64,000 nucleotides of DNA from Thainema sp. (GTDB taxonomy: Bacteria; Cyanobacteriota; Cyanobacteriia; Phormidesmidales; Phormidesmidaceae): positions 192,001 to 256,000 of the forward strand of contig JBQLZK010000002.1 of assembly GCA_052168235.1 (NCBI GenBank), given 5' to 3'. The translations under genes and the position numbers were made by a program. The notes beneath the pieces are model-generated. The model had not been told where the DNA came from and searched no databases. It saw only the letters and a program-made list of their open reading frames with translations. Position 1 is the first letter of the stretch, and each line of letters begins with the position of its first letter. Positions 54,474 to 62,841 of this stretch are shown one piece after another.

Positions 54474-55595
54474 ATGACCCAAACCACCACAAAATCCATC
54501 ATTACCGTCGAACTTCCCCAAAACCCCTACGACGTAGTGATTGCCAATGACAGCGTTCAACAGCTGGGTCACTGGTTATCCCAACCCCAACTGCGCCTGG
54601 GCAAAAAGATCCTGCTTGTCTCCAACCCCATGATCTTTAAGCACTATGGAGAAACTGCGATCGCATCTCTCAAACAAGCTGGCTTTGACGTCATTCATCA
54701 CCTCATTCCCCCTGGCGAGCGCTACAAAACCGTCAGCTCTATCCAAAAAATTTACGATATTGCGCTGGAACATCGGCTGGAGCGCTCCTCAGCAATGGTT
54801 GCCCTCGGTGGTGGTGTCGTTGGTGATATGACCGGATTCGCTGCCGCTACCTGGATGCGGGGCCTCGCCGTCGTCCAAGTTCCTACTTCCCTGCTGGCAA
54901 TGGTTGATGCCTCCATTGGCGGCAAGACAGGTGTTAACCACCCTCGCGGCAAAAACCTGATCGGAGCCTTTCACCAGCCGCGACTGGTGCTGATTGACCC
55001 GCACGTTCTCACCACACTCCCTGCACGAGAATTTCGGGCTGGCATGGCCGAGGTGATTAAGTACGGCATTATCTGGGATGCTGACCTGTTTGAGCAAATG
55101 GAGCAGACGAAGCGATTAGATCAGCGACGCTATGTTCCCGATGGCCTGATTCAGGAAATCCTCACTCGCTCCTGCCAAGCTAAGGCTGATGTGGTGGCTC
55201 AGGATGAAAAAGAAGGCGGTCTGCGCGCCATTTTGAACTACGGTCACACCATCGGTCACGCCGTTGAAAGTTTGACGGGCTACCGCGTGGTGAATCACGG
55301 CGAAGCCGTCGCCATAGGGATGGTTGCGGCGGGTCAAATTGCTGTCGAACTCAATATGTGGCAGCAGGCCGACGCTGATCGCCAGTATGAGCTGATTAAA
55401 AAAACGGGCTTACCGACCGAAGTGCCCGCCATGCTCGATATTGACGACATTCTAGACAGCCTCAAATCCGACAAAAAAGTCAAAGATGGCCGCGTTCGCT
55501 TTGTCCTACCCACCCAGATTGGCGCAGTTACCATTACCGATGAAGTCCCGGAGACGGTGATTCGGGACGTTTTGAAAGTGATCCAAACCCAGTAA
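54474..55595 (+). CDS. aroB: 3-dehydroquinate synthase
   Basis: [41 protein letters not shown]. Confidence 0.97.
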   Translation: MTQTTTKSIITVELPQNPYDVVIANDSVQQLGHWLSQPQLRLGKKILLVSNPMIFKHYGETAIASLKQAGFDVIHHLIPPGERYKTVSSIQKIYDIALEHRLERSSAMVALGGGVVGDMTGFAAATWMRGLAVVQVPTSLLAMVDASIGGKTGVNHPRGKNLIGAFHQPRLVLIDPHVLTTLPAREFRAGMAEVIKYGIIWDADLFEQMEQTKRLDQRRYVPDGLIQEILTRSCQAKADVVAQDEKEGGLRAILNYGHTIGHAVESLTGYRVVNHGEAVAIGMVAAGQIAVELNMWQQADADRQYELIKKTGLPTEVPAMLDIDDILDSLKSDKKVKDGRVRFVLPTQIGAVTITDEVPETVIRDVLKVIQTQ

Positions 55596-55740
55596 TATTT
55601 CGTCAGCGTCCAGAAGCGTCAGCGTCCAAAAAATGGATTTTTATTTGTGAAAGTCTTGCTATGGGGGCTTTTACAAAAACTGATGGATTTTTAATTTAAC
55701 GTGATAGAACTCCACTCATTTTTAGACAGGAGCAAGCGCC

Positions 55741-56124
55741 ATGAGTGAGCGCGTCATTATTACCAACGATGAACTGTTGAAGTTTCAGGCTCAGGTCGCG
55801 GAGCTGCCAGGTGCGATCGCAGTTTTTGAAACTCTCGCCGATTGCGAAGGCGACCTGGAAGATGCCGCTATTTCCGTAGCGCTCCAGGTTGGCCAAGAAC
55901 CCGATCATTCCGATGGCTGGCTGAACGATACCGCCAAGAGTTGGCGACATGTTCTGTGTCAGCCTGATGTGCGATCGCACTTGGCTCAAAACGAAATTAA
56001 GCTGCCCGTGGAGACTCTGATTGAACAGTCTACGCTGCCTGCTCGTTTGGCGATGCTGGTGGCTGTCCATGCGGTCAAGCTGGACTTACCTGACTTTTGC
56101 CAAGCCTTTGAGCAAGCGGAGTGA
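55741..56124 (+). CDS. Hypothetical cyanobacterial protein
   Basis: SD AGGAG; helical ORF with DCEGDLEDAA motif. Confidence 0.72.
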   Translation: MSERVIITNDELLKFQAQVAELPGAIAVFETLADCEGDLEDAAISVALQVGQEPDHSDGWLNDTAKSWRHVLCQPDVRSHLAQNEIKLPVETLIEQSTLPARLAMLVAVHAVKLDLPDFCQAFEQAE

Positions 56125-56300
56125 TAGAGACGGGGTGGGGCGATGGCGGCATCTATCAGGAGCGGGGGAGAACGGGCGCTAGGGCGAACGGGCGTGGAGG
56201 AGCGAGAGAACGGCGAAGTAATGTGAATTTATGTAAACTATAGGCGGAAACGGCTCCATCGCCTGTTTTCTCAGTTGCTATTACATTGATTCATTAATCT

Positions 56301-56849
56301 ATGGTTTCTCGTCGCCGTTTGCTTCAGGCTGTTTTAGCCCTTTGCTTTAGTGTTCTCAGTTTTGGGATGGCATCACCCGCCTATGCGCTGGGTGGTGAGC
56401 AGCTTCCCCTCGGTTCTCCTGCACCGGATTTTACGCTGCCGACTAGTACGGGAGATGGCACGGAGAGCCTGTCTGACTATCGGGGAAAGTGGGTGGTGCT
56501 GTACTTCTACCCCAAGGATTTTACGTCCGGCTGCACCCTAGAAGCCCAGCGCTTCCAGCGAGATTTGCCGAAGTATATGGAGCGAAATGCTCAAATCCTG
56601 GGCGTCAGCGCTGATGATGTGGATTCTCACAAAGAATTCTGCGATGCCGAGGGACTACGCTTTCCGCTGCTGGCCGATACCGATGGAGCCGTCAGCAAAG
56701 CCTATCGCTCCTGGATGGGCTATGTGTCGCTGCGTCATACCTATATCATTGACCCTGAGGGCAATCTGCAAGCCCGCTTTTTGGGTGTACGGCCTGCCAT
56801 TCATAGCACTGAAGTTCTGGCCAAGCTAGACGAATTGCAGTCTGCTTAA
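56301..56849 (+). CDS. Peroxiredoxin Q/BCP with signal peptide
   Basis: APDFTL, YFYPKDFTSGCTLEA, RR-containing signal peptide. Confidence 0.9.
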   Translation: MVSRRRLLQAVLALCFSVLSFGMASPAYALGGEQLPLGSPAPDFTLPTSTGDGTESLSDYRGKWVVLYFYPKDFTSGCTLEAQRFQRDLPKYMERNAQILGVSADDVDSHKEFCDAEGLRFPLLADTDGAVSKAYRSWMGYVSLRHTYIIDPEGNLQARFLGVRPAIHSTEVLAKLDELQSA

Positions 56850-56877
56850 CGGAAACAGCGCCAAAGTAACACGAATA

Positions 56878-56921
56878 AAAAGAGAACGTCCCGCTCACCG
56901 ATTGAGCGGGACGTTCTCTTT
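56878..56921. terminator. Rho-independent terminator
   Basis: AAAGAGAACGTCCCGCTCA...TGAGCGGGACGTTCTCTTT. Confidence 0.7.
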
Positions 56922-57151
56922 CTAAGGATTAACAACGGTTTTTACTGAAAACCTGCCAGCACCAAAAATCCACCACAAACCAGCGCCAGGATGGAGAGTA
57001 CTAAACCTGCATTCCAGCTTCCTTTCCAAGAATAATTTTTCTCTGGCATACGTATCACCTGGTTACATCTATGTGACGCATTGTTACATATGGCATTAGT
57101 TTGTGCATTATCCGTAAGTCAGAGGTCAAAGATGCTAGGTCTTCGTGCTCA

Positions 57152-57573
57152 TGGAAAAGTTTTCCACAGGCTGATTGGGGAAACGATACTCGAACCTGCA
57201 TAAAAAGGTGCATACAAAGTTTTCCACAGGCTGGCTGTATTTTTCCGTGCTGAATCGAGCGCGACATGAAACAGCGCTCAATGTTGCGTTTTGATGTTTT
57301 CTACTCCAAACGGCCAGCAACCAGCACCAGAAAAGTGGCCCCTACTCAAGCAGTTTGCTTGGGGACAAAGTAGGGAAAATGCATGGCAGGCAGGCGATTG
57401 ACTCTGCTCAACCTAAAAATTAGCAGATGCAAATACACACAAGATTTAACAAAACCCATAGGTTTTCGCAAAATTTGCAATTCTTATCTTTTGCCAGGTT
57501 TTTCCCCACGAATTCCACATCTTTTCCACAGTACTCCCCAAAGTTTTCCACAGTTTCCCACAGGTTTTCCACA
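57152..57573 (+). promoter_or_regulatory. Cluster of cyanobacterial-type DnaA boxes
   Basis: Exact TTTTCCACA at 57160, 57220, 57522, 57544, 57565; near matches at 57500, 57511, 57532, 57554. Confidence 0.8.
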
Positions 57574-58237
57574 GGCGAGAACGGAGTGATGCCTACTTGC
57601 TCAATTCCTGGGGATTACTAGATTACATTCCAAGTCATCTGAAAAAACGCTGATTTTGTTAAGTAGTGTAACAAAATAAAGGCTGAAACCCTTGATTTCT
57701 CGTTAGGGTCTTTTCGAATAGAACAGCTTCTTAAAATTTTGCAATATTGACATTTGCCTGAGAGATTCCGAGAATGATGCGACCTGCTTTGTTAGGCAGG
57801 CATCCAAATTGGCAACTCAACCTGTGCATTTTGTCTCGGGGTCACGTTGGATTTTCTGGTCAATTGAGCACCTTGTGTGTGAATGGGGCCGGTTGAATGC
57901 AACGCAATGGCCTGCGACGGCAGACAAACCGTACTGGGTCGAGTCAGTTTGGTGTGTATTGGGCTGCAAATTTGCAGATTGAGGCAAATCGAAATTGCTC
58001 GAAAACTGCTGAAAATCATGTGATCATTTGCGCCCAGATGGTCTAACCTGTGTCCATCATCTTGTCAATCGAGGCGTTTCTTCCTACAAACCTATGAAAT
58101 TTCTGCATTATCCAAACTTAGGTAGGCCCATCAAACGCACTTGGCGCATCTGACGCGTTTGGCACTGGGCCACAATCCGTAAAGTCTTGTAAATTCCACG
58201 TTCAACTCAGCAATTGATTTAAGCAAGAGGTGTCCTA

Positions 58238-58438
58238 ATGAACGCAACCGTGAGCATTTTGGCTGAAATTCCTGAAGAACTACATGATTCCCTGCGCAGC
58301 TTTTTGGAGAGTCATCCCACTTGGGATCAAGACCGCGTTTTCTCGGCTGCTCTGTCTCTGTTCCTGCTGCAAAATGGCGAATGCGATCGCAGGGCGTCGC
58401 GCGTCTACCTAGACAGCTTGTTTAAGCATGCGGTTTAA
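58238..58438 (+). CDS. DUF2811 family small protein
   Basis: VSILAEIPEELHDSLRSFLESHPTWDQDRVFSAALSLFLLQNG; SD GAGG. Confidence 0.82.
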   Translation: MNATVSILAEIPEELHDSLRSFLESHPTWDQDRVFSAALSLFLLQNGECDRRASRVYLDSLFKHAV

Positions 58439-58509
58439 CGGGTAAGCCCGTAAATCCAGGTTTTGGTACGGTAAGTGGAACATTACTGCTTCCGGCCAGA
58501 ATCTGGGTT

Positions 58510-58565
58510 CTGTGAAGGCTGTAGAGGTCTGTGAGGGTTATAAGGGCTGTAAAGGGCTATAGAGG
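58510..58565. repeat. Degenerate 9-10-bp tandem repeat (CTGTRRAGG-like) x about 6
   Basis: CTGTGAAGG CTGTAGAGGT CTGTGAGGG TTATAAGGG CTGTAAAGGG CTATAGAGG. Confidence 0.55.
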
Positions 58566-58770
58566 ATTTTGAAGGGGACTGATTTTGCGATTGCGCTTGT
58601 CTGTCATCAGCATGATCAACTTATACAGGCGTACACATTTCCTCAGCCTTATTTTGAGCAATATGCGGATTGCGCTGATATTGTGCGATCGCAACAAGCG
58701 TAAACAACAAAAAAAGGGACAATCATCGATTGCCCCTAGAGAACCAGTTTTACCCGGACGGAAAAGCTAC

Positions 58771-59382
58771 TTATGCGGCTTGCTTCGCCGCTTCGAGCTG
58801 TTCAGATACGAATGACCAGTTGACGAGATTATTCAAAAACGTGTCAGCATAGTTAGCCCGACCGTTTTGGTAATCAAGATAATAAGCGTGCTCCCAGACA
58901 TCCATTGTTAGTAACGGCGTTTGACCGTCCACGATGGGGTTCACGGCGTTGGGCGTGTTGACCACCTTCAGCTTGCCGCCGTCTAGCACCAGCCAGGCGT
59001 AACCGCTGCCGAATTGGCCCGTGCCAGCAGATTTGAACGCTTCTTTGAACTGATCGAAGCTGCCAAAGTCGGACTTGATTTTATCGGCTAGTTCACCTGA
59101 AGGCGTGCCGCCGCCGTTGGGACTCATGCAGTTCCAGTAAAACGTGTGGTTCCAGGCTTGCGCGGCGTTATTGTGCAGCCCCGTCATTTTGGGATTGTTG
59201 TAAGCGGCTTTGATCACCTCTTCTATGGATCTATCCGCCATGCCTGCGTCCTGAACCATGCTGTTGTAGTTGTTGACATACTTGGCATGGTGCTTATCGT
59301 GGTGAAATTCCAGCGTTCTGGATGAAATATGCGGCTCTAGCGCATCGTAGCCATAGGGCAAATCGGGAAGTTGGTAAGCCAT
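58771..59382 (-). CDS. sodB: Superoxide dismutase, Fe-type
   Basis: HHDKHH, NNAAQAWNH (Fe-type Gln), DVWEHAYYLDY; SD GAGGA. Confidence 0.88.
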   Translation of the reverse strand: MAYQLPDLPYGYDALEPHISSRTLEFHHDKHHAKYVNNYNSMVQDAGMADRSIEEVIKAAYNNPKMTGLHNNAAQAWNHTFYWNCMSPNGGGTPSGELADKIKSDFGSFDQFKEAFKSAGTGQFGSGYAWLVLDGGKLKVVNTPNAVNPIVDGQTPLLTMDVWEHAYYLDYQNGRANYADTFLNNLVNWSFVSEQLEAAKQAA

Positions 59383-59671
59383 AATTGCTGTCCTCTTTTG
59401 ATCTAATGTCTCTTGCACATATGCCTTTTGCAGGTGTGAATTGTTGTGCGGCTAGGTTGCACAGTAATTCACACAAGAGTTCTTACTCATAGGGTGAGAG
59501 ATTTGGGCTGTTCATCCCCCCTTCAGAAGAAGGAGATTGGCAGTTCTTTGTTCAAGTCTATTGATGGATGGAAGAACCGCGATTGGCTATCAAGCGCATT
59601 TAGCGTGGCTTGATGAAATGTGCCAGGCGCTGAATTCGGCAACTAATATTTCAACTTAATCCGCTTAAATC

Positions 59672-59685
59672 GTAGCTTTTACTAC
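59672..59685 (+). promoter_or_regulatory. NtcA box upstream of the desaturase-hydrolase pair
   Basis: GTA-gcttttac-TAC; only an imperfect -10 (CAGTAT) about 20 nt downstream. Confidence 0.6.
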
Positions 59686-59848
59686 AACGGACAGCAAAAC
59701 CGGAGCAGTATACCAGAACGAAACAGAGTAGTGGTATGTAGGCCATGTTCTGGTAAATCCACGCTTTGCGTGTCATCTACCAAAGGTCAGAATTGGTCTT
59801 CATGAACCGATTCTGGAGCGATACGCACCAGATCGGTTCTGTTGAGTT

Positions 59849-59948
59849 ATATCAAGTCCGTGTATAGGAACCCTATTTACTTTGTGAAATACTTGCCAAG
59901 CAAGCATTTTACAAAATAGACAGTGGGTTTTTACACCGGATTTCATAT
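59849..59948. mobile_element. MITE-like element, copy F
   Basis: Ends ATATCAAGTCCG / CCGGATTTCATAT; internal TTTGTGAAATACTTGC...GCAAGCATTTTACAAA. Confidence 0.72.
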
Positions 59949-59978
59949 TAGACGCCATTGAGCAAGGTTGAACGAAGT

Positions 59979-60968
59979 ATGTCTACGCCAGATCCGGTTA
60001 TGTCTGCGGTTGAGCCAGAAATATCTGAAAACGCTGAAGGTTGGCACGTGAAGCCGAGTGCCGTGTTTTCCGTTGAAGAACTGGCCGAGCTGAATGCGAA
60101 GTGCGATCGCAAAGGCTGGCAGCAGTTGATCACTCATCTCAGCGTGATGGCGATTAGCGGTGTCGCTTGGGGCTGGAGTTTGGGCCACGGGTTCTGGTGG
60201 CTGGCAGTTCCGGCTGTGGTGGTTTATGGCTTTAGCTTAGCCTCCATGTTTGCCCCGGTGCATGAGTGCGTGCATCGGACGGCGTTTGCCAATCAGCGGC
60301 TGAACGATGTTGTGGCCTGGTTGGCGGGGATTCTGTCGCTATACAACAGCACGTTTTATCGCCGCTATCACAAGTGGCATCACCGCTACACCCGCGTGTT
60401 GGGTAAAGATCCTGAATACGAAGATTTGCCGCCGACCAGTTGGGTGTCTTACCTCTGGATTCTGAGCGGCATTCCCTGGTGGATCGGCAAGGTGCAGGGA
60501 CACTGGCGGATGGCGACGGGCAACTTTGAGGGCTGTCCGTATATCTCTGAGGCAGCAAAGGGTGAAGTGATCCGTTCGACTCGCTGGCAGTTGGCCGTGT
60601 ATGGAGTTGCGATCGCACTTTCTCTGGTTTTCCAGCAGCCCTGGTTTATTCTCTACTGGCTGTTGCCGCTGGCGGTGGGTCAGCCCATTCTGCGGTTCAT
60701 TCTGCTGGCGGAGCATACGGGCTGCACTCAGGATAATAATCCCTTGACCAACACCCGCACAACGCTGACGCTGTGGCCACTGCGACTGCTGATGTGGAAC
60801 ATGCCCTTTCATGCTGAGCATCATCTCTATGCGTCGATTCCGTTCCATGCCTTACCCCAGGCGCACACAAAGCTGGCCGGAAAGCTGACCCATGTGGCAC
60901 CGGGCTACGTGGCCGTGAATCTTCAGATCGCCAGTCAGTTCGGCAACTCGCTGGGTACGGCGGCATGA
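59979..60968 (+). CDS. Membrane di-iron fatty-acid-desaturase-superfamily oxygenase (MocD-like)
   Basis: His boxes HECVH, HKWHH, HAEHH plus AEH; TM helices. Confidence 0.85.
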   Translation: MSTPDPVMSAVEPEISENAEGWHVKPSAVFSVEELAELNAKCDRKGWQQLITHLSVMAISGVAWGWSLGHGFWWLAVPAVVVYGFSLASMFAPVHECVHRTAFANQRLNDVVAWLAGILSLYNSTFYRRYHKWHHRYTRVLGKDPEYEDLPPTSWVSYLWILSGIPWWIGKVQGHWRMATGNFEGCPYISEAAKGEVIRSTRWQLAVYGVAIALSLVFQQPWFILYWLLPLAVGQPILRFILLAEHTGCTQDNNPLTNTRTTLTLWPLRLLMWNMPFHAEHHLYASIPFHALPQAHTKLAGKLTHVAPGYVAVNLQIASQFGNSLGTAA

Positions 60969-61981
60969 GCCGTTCCGCAGGCGTTTGGACAGCGCCAGAT
61001 TTTCCGCTCCAGTGCGGCGTGACGCTGCCGCAGGTGCGCGTGGTGTATCAAACCTACGGCGAATTGAACTGCGATCGCACTAATGTCATCCTCTACCCCA
61101 CCTCCTATGGGGCGCAGCATACCGACATTGACTGGCTGATTCAGCCGGACGGCATTCTCGACCCAACTCAGTGGTTTATCATCATCCCCAATATGTTGGG
61201 CAATGGCCTCTCCAGTTCGCCCAGCAACGGTGATGTCGATGGCGTCGCCGAGCAGGGCATTTACTTCATGCACTGGGATAACGTCACTGCCCAGAAGCGA
61301 CTGCTGCGGGAGGTGTTTGGCATTGAGCAACTGGCGCTGGTCTACGGCTGGTCAATGGGAGCACAGCAAGCCTATCACTGGGGTGCGCTCTACCCGGAAC
61401 GGGTGCAGCGGATCGCGGCTCTCTGCGGCACGGCGCGAACAACAGATCATAATCGGATTTTCCTGGACAGTTTGCGATCGGCGTTGACTGCTGATCCCAC
61501 CTGGAACGGACAGTCCTTCGACGGTGTGCCCGAACGGGGCCTCCGCACGTTTGCCCGCATCTACGCGAGCTGGGCGGCCTCGCAAGCCTACTACCGGGAG
61601 GGCATCTATTACCAACTGGGCTACGAGTCGCTGGACGACTACCTCTGGCGAGCCTGGGAAATGAACTACCGCAAGCGCGATCCGCGCAACCTAATCGCCA
61701 TGCTCGATACCTGGCTGCGCTGCGATGTCGGCAATAATCCGGTTTATCAGGGGGATTATGAACGAGCGATGCAATCCATTCAGGCCAAAACGCTGGTCAT
61801 GCCCGCCACCACCGATCTGTATTTCACCCCCGAAGACTGTGCGGCAGAAGCAAAACTAATCCCCAATGCCACCTACCGCCCGATTTCCTCCATCTGGGGA
61901 CATCGCGCAGGCAATCCCTACCAAAATCCAGAGGATGCCACCTTTATTCGGCAGGCTGTACAAGAGCTATTTGAAGATTAA
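60965..61981 (+). CDS. Alpha/beta hydrolase, homoserine-O-acetyltransferase-like family
   Basis: YQTYGELN, GWSMG nucleophile, DLYF, WGHRAG; ATGA overlap with the upstream gene. Confidence 0.85.
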   Translation: MSRSAGVWTAPDFPLQCGVTLPQVRVVYQTYGELNCDRTNVILYPTSYGAQHTDIDWLIQPDGILDPTQWFIIIPNMLGNGLSSSPSNGDVDGVAEQGIYFMHWDNVTAQKRLLREVFGIEQLALVYGWSMGAQQAYHWGALYPERVQRIAALCGTARTTDHNRIFLDSLRSALTADPTWNGQSFDGVPERGLRTFARIYASWAASQAYYREGIYYQLGYESLDDYLWRAWEMNYRKRDPRNLIAMLDTWLRCDVGNNPVYQGDYERAMQSIQAKTLVMPATTDLYFTPEDCAAEAKLIPNATYRPISSIWGHRAGNPYQNPEDATFIRQAVQELFED

Positions 61982-61998
61982 GAACTGAATTATACAGC

Positions 61999-62460
61999 TT
62001 ACTGAAAATCTGGATAGTTGCGACTGCCTTCAAACATTGATTCCAATTCCTCAACAGTTGCCAGAATTGCCTCTGTGTCTCCATCTGTAACCAATTCTTT
62101 AATCTCTTTGAGCCGTTCTAGCACTCCTGTTTGTCCATCCGGCAACAATGCCTGGAACTGATACCAATTGTAGAGGTGATATAGCAAATGATATGTCATG
62201 CCAATATCCGGTTCACGGTTGGGTTCACATAGAAACAGCTCTAAATCGACTAACCAGTCTATGGCGGCTCCAACTCCGTCCACGTAAGTATGAAAAACAG
62301 CCGTTTTCAACATTTCGCTTGGTGTATTGGGAAAGACTTGGCGAAATGCCCGTTCTGCTTCGCTACTTAGGTCACTTCGCTGTAGCAAGGTTCGTACTAT
62401 TTCCCAACGCTGCTCTCGATTCAGTGGTTTTGGTGTATGTGGATCTTTTGACGGTTGCAT
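61999..62460 (-). CDS. Hypothetical protein
   Basis: 153-aa helical ORF, convergent with the hydrolase; no recognised motif. Confidence 0.6.
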   Translation of the reverse strand: MQPSKDPHTPKPLNREQRWEIVRTLLQRSDLSSEAERAFRQVFPNTPSEMLKTAVFHTYVDGVGAAIDWLVDLELFLCEPNREPDIGMTYHLLYHLYNWYQFQALLPDGQTGVLERLKEIKELVTDGDTEAILATVEELESMFEGSRNYPDFQ

Positions 62461-62546
62461 CTAATCACACCTAGTAAAACTAATCACCCGCTCTAATCAA
62501 GCGATTTTGGCATATATCTCTATTCGTTATCTCCCAAAAACATCTA

Positions 62547-62684
62547 ATGACACGACTCTCCAATCTTGCTCGCAAAAAGAACATCCATTACTTCCTAATC
62601 TACTTCACTGACCTGTTCGGTACTCAGCGCGCCAAGCTTGTCCCTGCGGCTGCAATTGACGAGATGGCCGCTAGTGGTGCAGAT
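62547..62684 (+). pseudogene. N-terminal remnant of a type III glutamate-ammonia ligase (GlnT/GmaS-like)
   Basis: LARKKNIHYFLIYFTDLFGTQRAKLVPAAAIDEMAASGA matches the GlnT N-terminus; expected GFAGFA continuation is absent. Confidence 0.75.
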
Positions 62685-62841
62685 GCGATCGCGCTTCTCA
62701 GAATCTGCATGCTCCAAATCCAACGAATTTTCAGGATTGATTGTTGCAAGATTGAAGATGTAAGCGGGAATACTGAGAAGTGGATCTGCTTAACCGCTGC
62801 TTCATTCTTCTCTGCACTAGCTCTCCGAAGTTTTACTGATT

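Noticed and set aside
56155..56215. c-di-AMP (ydaO) riboswitch-like GAGCGGGGGA
   Set aside because: Remaining conserved elements are absent; looks like purine-rich short repeats (GAACGGGCG x2)
57152..57573. Definitive call as the chromosomal oriC
   Set aside because: No dnaA/dnaN adjacent, no clear DnaA-trio run, and skew cannot be assessed from this window; kept only as a hypothesis
57055..58019. Short ORFs of 61-75 aa across the DnaA-box region
   Set aside because: Translations (FPQ/FST/VEN repeats) merely reflect the box repeats; no RBS or family motifs
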